Shown piece after piece: positions 40,898-53,800 of a stretch of 64,000 nucleotides of DNA. This DNA comes from Myxococcota bacterium (GTDB lineage: Bacteria; Myxococcota; XYA12-FULL-58-9; JABJBS01), in assembly GCA_036339465.1 (NCBI GenBank), contig JAYZAY010000021.1:7612-71611 (forward strand). The letters run 5' to 3'. How positions within the stretch are numbered: position 1 is the first letter of the stretch; every line of letters starts with the position of its first letter. A program made the translations under genes and the position numbers. The notes under the pieces are model-generated. The model worked only from the letters and a program-made list of their open reading frames with translations. It did no database searches and was not told the DNA's origin.

Positions 40898-41890
40898 AAG
40901 GGACTGTCATCAATGGCAACCTGATTTTTTGGATGGATGCCATAAAACACACGAGAAGCCATAGGCCCCAATCTTATGCGCCCTGCTCAGCGTCGGCGAG
41001 GGCGAGGAACCAATGGGAACCAGCTAAGTACCCAGAACGGAATTCAAGCTTCACCTTCCCAATCACAGCCCCCTACTTCCAAAACAGGTTGCTCAAGATT
41101 AGCGTATCTGCCGATATACCGTCGTGATTACTTCCATCGACCGTTACTCTATCGTCGGTCTCGGAGGTACCAGTCTCAAATTCAGTTCCTAGATGAACTT
41201 CATGGGATCAACTTCGTGGGTAGCATCCGAATCGGGGAGGGGAGTTCATAGGTATGAACGTCGGCACCAATTCCCGCATGGATGAACCTATCCGTACAAG
41301 TACTCGTGTCGGTAAGCAGCCCTGCATCGACAGCAATTTGAATACTAGGGAAACAAGTCGTTGCGCAAATTGGGCCTACCCCTCAGAATCAAGTTCTTCA
41401 ATCTACTCTGCCCCCCTGGGCTTCAATAATAAACTATCCGAAGCGGCGTACTTCTCTCTACTCTTAAACGCCATGCGCAAGAAAATGGTCGAAAACCGTC
41501 TTAGACCCAAGTATCGGCTTTATAGAGAGGACCGCGGCTCCATCGCAACCGGGTAAAGTCTTGGATTCGTAGAATGCAATTCAATTCAATTCAAGCATTG
41601 AAACTTCCCCCCGCCTGAAAATGCAGAAGGTCCATAAGCTTTCGGCGCTACTATCTTCCAACATCCCAAGTAGGGTGGTTTGTCCGGAACCAAGCCTCTC
41701 CTCTAGGATGTCTCATGCCCCCACATAACCCTACCGTGCCCCGTGCCTCCCAACTTTCGGCGGTTTCGCGAATGGTTCCTTGATTGCAATTGCTCTTGTT
41801 CGGCCTGGTATTCAAGTATTCCTTCGTTTAAACTAAATACGTTAAGGACCAACTTTTCAGGGTTATTTATAACCTCTTTAGGAGACAAAG

Positions 41891-42541
41891 TTGCCCAACA
41901 CCCTGGACGAAGAAGATGTAGTGTTACACTTCAACCCCGGCGCCACAATTATCGCAGCAGGGGAACCCGGTGATAAAATGTATGTCATTCAGGAGGGAGA
42001 AGTTCGAATCAGTAAGATTGTCCTCGGAGAAATACATCAGCTCGCTGTTCTGTCCTCCGGAGAATTCTTTGGAGAGATGGGGCTCATCAACAATAAACCC
42101 AGGACCGCGACCGCAACGGCCCTAACTTCCGTGCGCGTCCTCGTCGTCGATTGGAATACCTTCAAGTATCGAATCAACCAATATGGGGCCGTGGCTATCC
42201 ATATGATCAAAACCCTGGCCCAACGACTCGACGAAAGTCTCGATGTAGTGAAAAGTCTTCAAAATCCGAGCACTCTTCCCTTCATCTATGCCCTCGTTGA
42301 TCAGATCGAAAGCTACGAAGGCTACGAAGACGAGTGTGACCTAGAACTAACTTTGCCTCGCAATCTGGATAGGATGAGACAAAAAACCGGCCAAAGCCAC
42401 GATGCTCTGAAAGCAAACTTGATCAAGCTCAGGAATCTTGGCCTTCTGTCTGTTACCAATCATGACCATATCTACATTCCTTCCTCCGACGCAATTTGGA
42501 AGTATATGCGAAACTTAGAACGCATCGAAGACGCGGAGTAG
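41891..42541 (+). CDS. Cyclic-nucleotide-binding domain protein.
   Basis: The cNMP-binding fold motifs are FGEMGLINNKPRTATATALTSVRVLVVD. No clear C-terminal HTH was seen. Confidence 0.6.
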   Translation: MPNTLDEEDVVLHFNPGATIIAAGEPGDKMYVIQEGEVRISKIVLGEIHQLAVLSSGEFFGEMGLINNKPRTATATALTSVRVLVVDWNTFKYRINQYGAVAIHMIKTLAQRLDESLDVVKSLQNPSTLPFIYALVDQIESYEGYEDECDLELTLPRNLDRMRQKTGQSHDALKANLIKLRNLGLLSVTNHDHIYIPSSDAIWKYMRNLERIEDAE

Positions 42542-43475
42542 ACGAACCGAACCCTATTGGGGCATTTCCGAAACCCCACTCTCCTTTGATGGACGTCAGC
42601 AGCCTACACTCGCCCACCCACCAGATAAACGCACCGAGAACCCCACACCACATAAAAAATACCCTTGAGGATATCCTCAACCGTGGTCTACTCCTTGGAG
42701 GTCACCACCCCAAAACACCCACCACGGGTCAATTTGTCGGGCGTTTTGGGGTAAAATTCACTTGTTGATAACACCCTTGGGACTATTCTTCCCACGAGCT
42801 TTGAGCCACCTGTCGGCAGCCAGCCATATCGAACCACCGCGCCCGAGAGAAACCGCTTTTATGGCAACGGTGGTTGGGCCTTCCACAGGATTAAACAAAG
42901 CTGGTGCAACTTCAAAGGGATATTTTGGACAAATTATGTGGCACTATTCGTCAACCGAGCACAGGTGGTTGCTACGATTTACAGTCGCTATTTCTATGGC
43001 GGATGGGTTGACCCATTTCGGGATTCTCGTTCCTTCATACCACCTGCCAACTTTATCCCCGTGGGGGCAGTGGTAGTTTACCTGGACCCTCAACCGTGGC
43101 TATCTTGTAGTTCCTGAACTTTCCCTTAGGGTGCCCCTAATAAATGACGCATGAACAATACCGTTACCTCAAAAGCCGATGTGGTAACCTTCCCTGAAGG
43201 AATTCCGATCGAGAATCGCGTAAAGACGTCCCAGGCTTCATTCTCCATCACTGGACCGCACTGAGACAAAGGTGGGGCCCCGGTAATCAACCTAACGTGG
43301 AGTCATACCATCAATGTCACTAAGGATCGGCGAGTCACCAATCTTCTTCCTCCCTACACTACGCTCAATCAATCGAATCAGTAGCGTCTCCTAACAGCCT
43401 AGACCTTGGTTAAAAATTTACCAAAGAAAACCTGCTTTCAAAATCCCCAAAATACCGACCACTCAAGGGTATTCG

Positions 43476-44198
43476 TTACGCTGCATCGGCGTCTGCATTC
43501 ACAACCACTTCTGAATCGTCAGTCGATGGAGTTTCCGAAGCACTACTCGAAGGTACAACTGAATCGTCAGTCGATGGAGTTTCCGAAGCACTACTCGAAG
43601 GTGCAACTGAATCGTCAGTCGATGGAGTTTCCGAAGCACTACTCGAAGGTGCAACTGGCATCGGCTCCCTAGCGATAAATTCTTCGGTAACCGACTTGAG
43701 GTCTGCAAGCGCCTCCAGCACCGCTTTCAAGGTTGATTTTTCAATCCTTTTACCCACGAATGGTACGTTCACTTCAATCGTAAAATCTGTCCGATACTCT
43801 ATCTTGGGAATCGCATCGACCACTCGACTTACAGTCACTCGGTTTTCAATACGGCTCCGACCTGCCAAAGGACCAGCTACGGGTTCACTGGTGGAAATCC
43901 CTGCTCCAAGGCGACCCGGCGCAGCGCGGGTGTAGCGAAAGACTTCCCTCATCTTGAAGGCATCAGCCCCAAACACAGTCACCGCTAAACGTGGTATCTT
44001 GTCTAAGGGTGGGGTCACAATTGCTTCATACTCATACCCATCGACATTGTATTCTTCGCGGATCATTTCTGCCTTGATTCCCAAATGCTCCCGCGCTACC
44101 CGGTAGTATTCGGGGTTGACTGTCACCCTTTCTTCAAACGTTGAAACGGGAGTAGAGCTGGGGACGGAAAATTGATTCACTTTGGTTTCTTTCATCAA
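43476..44198 (-). CDS. Hypothetical protein with three C-terminal 16-aa tandem repeats (SSSASETPSTDDSVAP).
   Basis: The ORF is clean. The repeats are encoded by 48-bp units at about 43495-43650. Confidence 0.5.
   Translation of the reverse strand: MMKETKVNQFSVPSSTPVSTFEERVTVNPEYYRVAREHLGIKAEMIREEYNVDGYEYEAIVTPPLDKIPRLAVTVFGADAFKMREVFRYTRAAPGRLGAGISTSEPVAGPLAGRSRIENRVTVSRVVDAIPKIEYRTDFTIEVNVPFVGKRIEKSTLKAVLEALADLKSVTEEFIAREPMPVAPSSSASETPSTDDSVAPSSSASETPSTDDSVVPSSSASETPSTDDSEVVVNADADAA
43495..43650. repeat. 48-bp tandem repeat, about 3.2 copies, in-frame within CDS 43476..44198.
   Basis: GAATCGTCAGTCGATGGAGTTTCCGAAGCACTACTCGAAGGT(A/G)CAACT starts at 43503, 43551 and 43599. Confidence 0.9.
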
Positions 44199-45185
44199 AA
44201 ATTACCTATAGTTGGTTGGCAGGTAACTGGTATTATCGCTTCCAACGCCTAGACGTTGCTCAAAACTAGAGCGACCCAGCTTTAAAAATAACGTTGTTTT
44301 AAGAGGGGGGGGGACTGGGGTCTAGAATGCCTACAAGACACATACAACATTAGAATAGACTCCCCCTAGGAAGCATCCATCCTTAGCCACTGACAAGGAT
44401 CGAATTGAATATCAAATCAGGATGTCAAAACCTTTGGGCGTCTCAAAAAGCGCCTCGCGATCGAACATGCAAAGCCCACACTAAGAAAACAAAGCCGCCG
44501 AAAAAAACCATCCCCACCTGTGAGCGCGACGGGAAAAGTAACAATGGCTTCTCACTCAAAGCTTAAAATAAACGCTCGATTATTACCGTTGCACCAAAAG
44601 AAACGACCGTTTATTACCGGTGCACGAACAAAAACCGTCGATTATTATCGGAAGACTCCGGAAAACCATCGTTTATGATGAGAAAGGAGCCCACATGACC
44701 CGCGTTACCGGCGAATATGAGAGCTCCACCCTCGCTGGTGAATCTGTCCAGGCCCTCATCCCATACCCACTTCCCCAAAAAAACCTGCCCTTAGAGCTCC
44801 ACTCGAAACTCAAGGCACTTCTCACCGCGGCGAAGACAAACTCCGCCTCCTAGACCTGGCCGGAGACATGGTACCTTCCATGGATTGGTTTGTTTACGTT
44901 TTTGTCCGAAAAGAAGCGCTGGGAATATGGAGGTGGAAAAAGTAGCTCGATCTGAACCGCCTTCCCATCTTTCGGATATCGCACATGCCTCTCTTGGGGA
45001 GCTTGAGGCAGGTAAGGCGGGGAACGATGCTACCGAGAAAGTCGAATCGATGCCGGAAAAACGGAAAGCACATGGCTAAACATACGTTCAAAATATGACG
45101 AGGCGATAACAAAGGCCGGCAATTCGAAACCTACGAAGTAATTACGCTCCAGCCGCTCAAATCTTTTCCGGTCATTCGCGATCTG

Positions 45186-45524
45186 GTGACCGACGTCTCG
45201 TGGAATTATGGGCAAAACAAGAAACCTGCTCCGTTTAAGCCAAAGTCTTCTCGGCCCGATGGCAAGCCGCGCATGTATCAAGCCGACGTAGACAGGGCTC
45301 AGGAGGATCGGAAATCCATTGAATGCTTTTTGTGCCAGGATGTCTGTCACGTATTGAGAGACCGCGACAGCAAAGAAAAATTCGTGGGACCTCGATTTAT
45401 GCTTCGCCTGGCGGCTTTAGATATGCATCCTCTCGATGACGATGACCACATTCCTGCCATAAAAGAAGAGTTTGGTTCGGGAATGTGCAATATTACCCGT
45501 TGTTGCACTGAGGTATGTCCATAA
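45186..45524 (+). pseudogene. Fragment of a succinate dehydrogenase / fumarate reductase Fe-S subunit (SdhB/FrdB C-terminal half).
   Basis: The Cys spacing, CFLCQDVCHV...FVGPRFMLRLAAL...FGSGMCNITRCCTEVCP, matches the [4Fe-4S]/[3Fe-4S] clusters of SdhB. No N-terminal 2Fe-2S domain is in frame upstream. Confidence 0.5.
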
Positions 45525-45663
45525 AATATAAATATCACAGACAACGGTATCATTCCACTTAAGGAACGTGTGGTGGACCGATATGACGAACCGATTATTA
45601 AAATAGGACGCGCGATTTTTGGGCCTACATCTTAGAAAACAAGCATAAAAGAGAGGAAATATT

Positions 45664-46167
45664 ATGACCACCGAAACCTTTGAATTGAAGAAAATCTCCC
45701 ACGATGGAATTGAGCATGCTCTAGAGAAGTCTAGGCACTACCGACTTTTGAACGAACCAGAACAAGCAGAAAGCCTTTGTTTGGACATCCTGGAGATAGA
45801 ACCAAACAACCAAGCAGCACTGGTAATCGTTGTTTTGGCGCTTACTGACCAATTTGCAAATGATGGCGCAAGTCGAACAATTCGAAGAGCCAACGAATAC
45901 ATAGCCAAACTTTCAAATGAATACCATAAACTCTATTATGCTGGTATTGTTTATGAACGGGAGGGGAGAGCCACACTGAGGCGCCACATGGCACATGCCG
46001 AGGCTTATGCATGCTTCCGAGATGCCATGCATTGTTACGAAAAAGCCAACGAGATTAAGCCCGAACATAACGACGATGCCATTCAACGCTGGAACAGCTG
46101 TGCCCGAACCATTATGAAAGAAAATCTCTGTGCTCCCAAGCAAGAAGAAGAGTCTTTCCTAGAATAG
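45664..46167 (+). CDS. Hypothetical protein (167 aa), helical.
   Basis: The ORF is clean. No family was recognised. Confidence 0.4.
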   Translation: MTTETFELKKISHDGIEHALEKSRHYRLLNEPEQAESLCLDILEIEPNNQAALVIVVLALTDQFANDGASRTIRRANEYIAKLSNEYHKLYYAGIVYEREGRATLRRHMAHAEAYACFRDAMHCYEKANEIKPEHNDDAIQRWNSCARTIMKENLCAPKQEEESFLE

Positions 46168-46698
46168 ACCCTTGGGCATAATCACTCACAACATCCTGGG
46201 GATATAGGGATGTGGGAATGTAAGAAGCCAAAGACGGCATCCGTTCCCGTCTTTTTAAAACTCAGAGCCTATGTTAAAACCCATGTAAAGCGCATCGGTG
46301 TCACCGAAATATTGCCCTGTTCCCACCACCAACAACTTCGGTTCCTGCGAATGTGTCAACCATCAGGATTGCACACCCAACAACCTATGTTCATCCGACT
46401 CTTCTAATTTATCTCAGGAACTCACGATTCGCCCGCCACTCACCCTTTACTTCAGCGACACCACCACCCACGATTGTCTCTGCAATCTGGATAGTCATAC
46501 CTGTTTCACTGTCCCCTTCATTGGCCGTGATGGTCCCGAAGGTTGTAGCCTTGAGTCTATAAGCCAAACGCAAGCAAGGCGGCATCCAAATCACCTAATG
46601 GCGTGTGTGATAAAGAGTCGGGTCTCACATAACAAGGTTTGGTCGATGCCGTAGAAATCGCCTAGACATCGCCACCTCGGTACAAGCGCAGCACCCGC

Positions 46699-47160
46699 CT
46701 AAGAGGAAATGCCTTCGCCGTATTTGTAGTCGGGATATCGAGCTGTGGATTGAGTATCTGCCTCACGCATCATTACTCCCACTAGGTGACCTCGACTGAT
46801 TAACCCTACCAGCTCATCATTTTCAACCACCGGAAGCCCTCGGTAGTAATGGGTCAAGAATCGACTGGTCAGCATACTAAGATCCATATCCGCATCTACG
46901 GTCACCACTTCAGTGGTCATAAAATCACTCACCTTACCGCCAGTCGCATTCCCCATTTGGAAAAGCCATCCAGAAAGCACCTTAAAACAATCCTTTTCGG
47001 AAAAAACACCAATAAGACGGTTGTGCTCAACCACCGGCGCCCCCATGAGCCCGTTATCGACAATCAACCGCATGGCCTCATAAACATCCGTATCAGCTCG
47101 TAAGGATATAAACTTTTTATCCATAACATCTCGTACCCGCATTTCATGAAAAGCCTTCAT
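46699..47160 (-). CDS. CBS-domain pair protein.
   Basis: Two CBS-like modules are present: VRDVMDKKFISLRADTDVYEAMRLIVDNGLMGAPVVE and VSDFMTTEVVTVDADMDLSMLTSRFLTHYYRGLPVVE. Confidence 0.65.
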   Translation of the reverse strand: MKAFHEMRVRDVMDKKFISLRADTDVYEAMRLIVDNGLMGAPVVEHNRLIGVFSEKDCFKVLSGWLFQMGNATGGKVSDFMTTEVVTVDADMDLSMLTSRFLTHYYRGLPVVENDELVGLISRGHLVGVMMREADTQSTARYPDYKYGEGISS

Positions 47161-47956
47161 TATCTCCCCCCAAATTCAAGCTAAAAATGTCCCACTTTTA
47201 CTAACTATAGCACAAATACCAATCTCTTTCCCATGGCATCAGTCCCGATGGTTATTTCATCCCGTATTCTGGGAAAAATCGAGAAAAAATTGATATTCCA
47301 CAGACTGAGCCCCTTCCGCAAGCTCTTTATCCACCAAAAATAGGTTGAAAACTCACGAAGCAGCGGGCCACAGCCACCACGGTTCTTGGCCACCAAGCCA
47401 AAAAGCTGCCAACCCGATGATTCGAAACCCAGCCACAATCGACTTTCTGTTCTTGGGGATCCCAAGGGGCGTTACGCGTCGATGAAAATAAACTTTGTGA
47501 TTATGCCAAACTCGTCACCTACCTCCAAGACCGGCAAGCTTCCCAATAAGCCTTTTCACGCTCCACCCCATCTCAATTCCTTTGAATCGCTAAAAGGCTT
47601 CCCCTGCCCGGAAAACGGAATCGCGGGTCCCGTAGCTCCGACAAAGAAACATACCACACCGTATTCAGTTATCACGCCCAACTCGATTTCACTTCCATAC
47701 AATCGCCCTGAAAATAATTACCCCAAAGCTCCAAGGATTTAGTCACCCCCAGAGGGCGATGGCCCGAATTATCTTTGTCCGCCTAAATCCTCCCAAAATC
47801 GGGAACTTCATTACCCCACCGCAAAAAAGAGCGGAAATTCCCGTCGCCATTTGCAAATTGCATCTTCACGGCTCCTTCGAATCGCGTCCTTCAAGGTCTG
47901 CATAATGTGCATCAAGGCGTTCATGTGCCCCCGCAATACGACAAACAGTTTTTGAA

Positions 47957-48481
47957 TCAGGTTCGCTGCGCCCGTAGCCTAGGTTTTCGTAGCGCTGCAC
48001 ATTCCCATAAGATATCATCTCCGATAAATTTATCGATGATTCCGCCGCACTCAGAAATAATCTCGTTTATCATGAAAAGATAATCGTTTAGAAGGTTTGC
48101 CCTCGTTTTCGCCCCAATACCCCCTGGAAGCGCCGTAAAACCCTGCCTATCTGCGAATAAAACAGTAAAATCCTCCTCTTTCTCTGATTCACCAAGAGAG
48201 ACCTTACCGTAAGCGGTCTCAGAAACGACATCCGGTGCCATATGGAGACTCAAAACGTTCTTGGTGATACAGCTCTTCATGGATTGTGTGTCCTTCTGGG
48301 AATACCTAAGCTTACTCGCTTCCTCTTTCAAGCCAACAGTAAGTCGCTTCAGCGTGCCAAGCGCTTCTTGGTCCTCCGAGTAATCGTGATGCTCATCGAG
48401 GTAGGCACTGAGTTCACCACCATCATCGACCAACTTCGAACGATTCATATGGGCTGCAAAGTTATTTCTGTCATTCCTCAC
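47957..48481 (-). pseudogene. Truncated class III adenylate/guanylate cyclase (CHD) domain.
   Basis: FTVLFADRQGFTAL...KFIGDDILW are the CHD metal-binding and dimer motifs. The domain ends prematurely about 70 aa after the first motif. Confidence 0.4.
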
Positions 48482-48556
48482 CGGAGAAAAATAACTGACT
48501 CAAAACGAGTTCCATTTGTCAAAAACAAACCGACCAAAAAAGGCAGTAACAGGGTC

Positions 48557-49795
48557 TTATTTCGAGACAATATATTCTAAATATTGTCCCCTCAACAATT
48601 CATCCGAGGCTCCAAATAAGGAAATTCCGGAATCATTGACACGACAAATATCCAATTCTTTATTGGGCACGAAGACAGCACCCATCAAAGAAGTCGGCAA
48701 TGAGTTTAAAAACGTATTCTCAGAATTCAGTATTGAGAGGTCATCGCCTATCCTAGCCCTTGCCCTACTCGCCAGCCTCACCATGGACTCTTTACTGGCG
48801 CGGGTACCCAAAACATAACCCCATTCAAAAAAGTTCGAATTTGCCATCATATTAACAATGGCCATCCAAAGCGTTGCGAATCTACCGTCTGACATCATAA
48901 AACAAACATGAACACCATCGACCGGAGCTTGACCAGTAACCATTTCGAGACCCAATTGACGAACAAAACCCAATTCACCAATAAAGCCATAGACATTATC
49001 TCCAATTAAGGAAAAGGATTCGACAGCGAATGCAACAATTCCGGACAACCATCCACAACAAGAACGTCAACCACGGGTCGCGGGTCTGGGAAGAAATTAA
49101 AATCAACCCAAAAGACACTCTCTGTGTCCTCCGGGTCACACACAACACCAACCTCACCCAACATTTCCTCCACCAGCGAATTCACCAAGGCCAATCCGAG
49201 CCCCGTTCCGGCGTGTTTCCGCGTTGCCGAAGATCCGTTCTCACAAAAAATATGAAAGAGTTGGTATTCAACTTTCTTGGGGATGCCGCGGCCGGTGTCG
49301 CGAACAAAGAGGCGTATGCGATCGGCATGATTCGCTAAACACAACTCAATTCCCCCCACCCTCCGGGGTATATTTAAAAGCATTGGCGAGATAATTGAAA
49401 ACCACCTTCTCTAGGGAATCAAGTTCACCCATGAACCATATGGGCATTGAGGCGTTGCTAAGCTCACCACCATCAAGGGTTGCGGAGAAAAAGATATTTT
49501 TCGAAACACAGAAAGCGCGAAAATAGTCACCACAGATCCCCACAAAACGACCCAAATCCACGCGGAGAGGCTCCATCCGTTTTTTAGCTGCTTTCAGGTT
49601 CTCGAAATCAAGAAGTTGATTCGCCAATCGTAGCAAGAGAAGGCAATACTTGGTCGCCATTTGGAGGTTACCAGAATCGGGATCCTTTCGAATGGTTTCT
49701 TCCAAAGCAGTTAATCTCAACATAAGAGGCCTTCGAAGCTCATGGGACATGTTGTGAAAAAAGGTTTTTTTCGCGGTCCAACAACTTAAGCGCAA
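48557..49795 (-). pseudogene. Sensor histidine kinase disrupted by frameshifts (three ORF fragments).
   Basis: Fragment 49346..49795 has the HisKA H-box FFHNMSHELRRPL and an N-box. Fragment 49006..49383 has the HATPase G1/G2 boxes (DTGRGIP, GTGLGLALV). Fragment 48557..49048 follows in another frame. Confidence 0.6.
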
Positions 49796-50852
49796 TAGCG
49801 CGGTTTTCTGGTTCCTGCTCTAAAGAGGCTACATCGTCTTTTGATTACATGGCCTCCTTCGCCACCTGTTCTGTTAAAGCTCGGTGTCGTTGAGTTTCCT
49901 CGTTGACACCATAGGCCTCCGAAATTGATTTATGGATTTCCAGATCCTAAACGCTTGGTTCCGTAGACCGCGCCCTAGAAACACACGCTTTTTCTTGTGA
50001 GCCGAGCGCCATGACCTCTGGGCAAAATGCGAAAGTCTTCTGCATTTTCGACAGGTTTTCGGGGCATGTTCAAATCCGAGAGAACAGTAATCTTTCGTCC
50101 TGTCTCATCTTCATGGGCCTCACACGAGGAGAACGTGATACTCACCTTATAAATGAGCTCATTTCCATCTGCTCTCACAAGGAAAACCTTGCCTGGCTTC
50201 TGAGGTGCTCGTAGGAGCTGAGAACCAAAACATGATGAATGTCTGTTTTTCCCCACAATCGTATAAATACTCTTTCCATTCAGAGCATCGGATGGATAAC
50301 CGAGATCGTTGTAGAGTGGATCTTTGCCATAAACATTCTCCTAATTCGCATCCAACAGCATCACGGGCATTGGCAACTTATTCAAAGCTGTCCAGGCGTC
50401 ACCGAGAGCCTGGTCTGGATGCGCTGTCTGAACCTTGCTCATATTCAGCCTCGTTGCGAATCTGAGCCCATCGTCCAATAAATTGAAGGGTCGAGGTAAA
50501 GTCCCGAACCATGCCCCGGGCTTACCATAACCAGAGATAGCAAAAATGTCCTATTGCCACCTCCAAACCGAGCGAAAAGAGAGTGGTAAAAAAAGCCCCA
50601 CCACAACTCATCCAATTTTTTAGGAGTCTGTGAAGTTGTGGAATATAAGTGCAATACACGCCTGAAACGGGCTCCAGGCTCCCTAGGACGCTGCAGCCTG
50701 CCTGGCTTCGCAAAAACGCAATACCCCAAGGCCCGATACCCAACAAGGACACTCTTCCCCTTGAATATATCCCGCCCACACCCAAAGAGGTTTCCACCTA
50801 AACAACGCCTCTACCTAATCGCCACTTTGACCCTCGTTACAAGTATGTCGCT

Positions 50853-53800
50853 TTAAAGATGAGACTGCTCCCTCGTTGCTCCAGAGCTCATAGAGTCCCC
50901 GTGGAAACACATCCTCAGTTCTTCCTCCAATCTTTGATAGTTCCGCAGCCTTTCATTGGTGGGGATTAGGTCGAGTTGACCGGCCAAGTCCTTCAGCTTG
51001 AGCCAATTGGCCATGAAACCAGCATCGCAATTTCCATCCTTTTTCAAATCCAACCGACACCGAACCGCTCGAAGACAAATCTCCACTTTGAGAAAGGTAT
51101 GATTCGCAAGCAATTCACCTGCTTTCCCAAGGAGTTCTTCGGCTTCCACCTGCCAATCCTGGTCAAGGCAATAAGCAGAAAATCGAGCTAGATCATAAGC
51201 GAGATATTCACGGTCATTCACATCACGATGCAGGTTTATGGCTGTATGAAAGGCTTCACGCACCCGAGGGGCAGGGCGATTTAAGACCCCCATGGTGGTG
51301 GCTCGATACCCAATAGCAACCCCCTGCCAACGACGGTCGCCTATTTGTGTAAAACGCTCAAACGATGCTTCGTAACAATCAAGTGCCTCCTCGAAATATT
51401 GTGACTCAAAATGGATATTACCCAAAACCCCTAAACAATGACCTTCGGTGTCAAGTTGTCTAAATACACGACAAAGATCTAGTGCCCGGTAGATGAGTTC
51501 ACGCGCTTGCGAATAGTTCCCAAGCTCTGCTTGAAGATAACCTTGATTGCATAAAGCCAATGATTTGAAGTGGTTTGCATTTGCGTCAACTTCAATTTTT
51601 GTCACAGCCTCATACTTTTGCAGCGCTTCTTGAATATCACCCTGTTGTTGGACGAAAATTCCTTGTCGATAAAGGAGCTCGATCTGAAGTGATGGTGTTT
51701 TAGCAATGGAAAACGATTGAAGTCGGTCGAGGATCACTCTTCGCTTTTCAAATTGACCATCAATGGCCCGAAGCTTATCCTCCTTAAGTAAAATCTCACA
51801 ATAGCGTTCTTGGTTATCGGCGAGACTGTTTCGGCCGTCATGGTTTTGAAGATAGGTTACCCACTCTAAACCTTCTTTGGACTGATGATTGTTTACACAT
51901 TCGTCCAAGGCCTTTTCCGCCCACGGCCTGGCTCGGTTCCAGTCTTTTGCATCTCGCCAATGACGAGCAACATTTTGGGCATGGGATGCAATAGAAATGA
52001 TCGGTTCTCGCTCCAGCTCTTCTGCAAAAAGTCTGTGAAGAACCTGGCGATTGTGCTGTAACATGGAGTGGTAGGAAACTTCTCGAACTAAGGGATGGCT
52101 AAACTGATAGACACTTCCAAGTGGAGTTTCTTTTCGTTCACAGATTTGTAGCTCAAGGAGATGTGGCAGCAAGTCTCGATAATGCGATTTAGAAGAGATC
52201 GCGGCGATTAAACAAAACTCGGCCAATGAAAATCTGTCTCCTAAAACAGAGGCAAGTTTAATGGTTTCCCTCACGGCATTGGGAAAACCATCAATTCGGG
52301 CAAGGATGAGCTCTCGGAGACTTTGGGGTATCCCCAATTCAGTGTCAGACACTTCACAATGCCTAAAGGGACTATCTGAAAACAGTTCTTCCAAAAGTCG
52401 TGAAAACTCTTCTAAATAAAGAGGGAACCCACGGGAACGGTCGATAATAAGTTGTCTACCCGCATCACTAATGGGAATCGAGGACGTCGTATTTTTTTCT
52501 AATAACACATCCAACACATGGAAAGAGTCACCTTGTGAAAGTGGTTCAAGATGAAGGATAAAATTATCAATCGCATTTAGGGATGCCGTTTTAATGAAAC
52601 CACGACTCCGGTTGGGTTCTTCCGACGTCGCTAGAAGGAGTAGGGGTTGATCATGTGGCCAGTTTCTAATCACATAGGCCAGAGTATCAAAAGATGCCGA
52701 ATCAACATGTTCAAGGGATTCGATCACCAAAAGGAAAAAGCCATTAATCGCCGCCACGCTGAGACAGGCATGGTAGATAGCAAGTGTATATTCACGCCGC
52801 CGTATCTCAGGGCTCATGTTATCCACTCGAGGGTGGACTTCACCGAAGATGAGTGCACGTAAAACTTCTTCAGAGTTTCTTAGTTTTCTTGCTAAAGACG
52901 GCGAATCCAGTTGGCCGAGGAGGTGATTGAGCAAAGACGAGTTTATACGAGCGCCCTTCAACCAAGATTCCAGAAATTCACCGAAGATGCCCGACCATAG
53001 ATTGAATGGTCGCTTCGCAAATTGGGCCGGTTTTCCCCTGAGCGCAATTCCGGAAGGAGGAACGCACCGAGTTAGGAATTGATTAACTAAACTCCGCTTA
53101 CCGATTCCCGCCCCGCCATTAATTTCGATAAAAATTGAGGGTATCTGACGTTCAACAACTGTTTGCTGCCATTTTTCGGTCAGAGCAACCAGCTCGTCGC
53201 ACCGCCCAACAAAGGGCATTTTCTCTTTTACCGAAACATTGGAATCCATCCTTTCGATATTTTTGGAACACGCCAGTAATTCAAAACAAACTACAGATTC
53301 CTTTTTACCTCGGAGTTTTTGATTTCCCCGTTTCCGCCATTCAAAGCCAACTTGAACCACATCCACAACGCTTGCCGTGGTAAAGATTTGCCCAAAAGCC
53401 GCAAGTTGATACAACCGAGACGCGGTATTGACCACATCCCCCAAGGCTGTGATGTGTCCTAGGGGATCAGGGGCAACCGTGACCGGACCGTAATTAATAC
53501 CCGCCCGAACCCTTAACGACCCTGGGGATATTTCCAAAAATCGCTCCACGGTGGAGATAGCCTCCACAATTTCAAGGGTGGATAGAAGGGCGCGCTCTAC
53601 ATCAGACAAAGTCGTTTGTGAGACACCAAATAAAGCCATGATTGTGCATTTTTCGACCTTGTCGACATAGCCTCCTAACGCCTCAATAATATTACATAAA
53701 AGAGTCTGAAGCTGATGTTCAAGTTCGCTCTTGAAGTAAGGCGACTTTTGTTGGGCTGCCCATTCAAGCTCTTCTAGCTCGACGAAAATCGCCACCACGT

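Noticed and set aside
44620-45079. Small + strand ORFs (77 and 64 aa) upstream of the sdhB fragment, considered as the missing N-terminal 2Fe-2S domain.
   Set aside because: There is no CxxxxCxxC...C plant-ferredoxin pattern. They are probably remnants or random ORFs.
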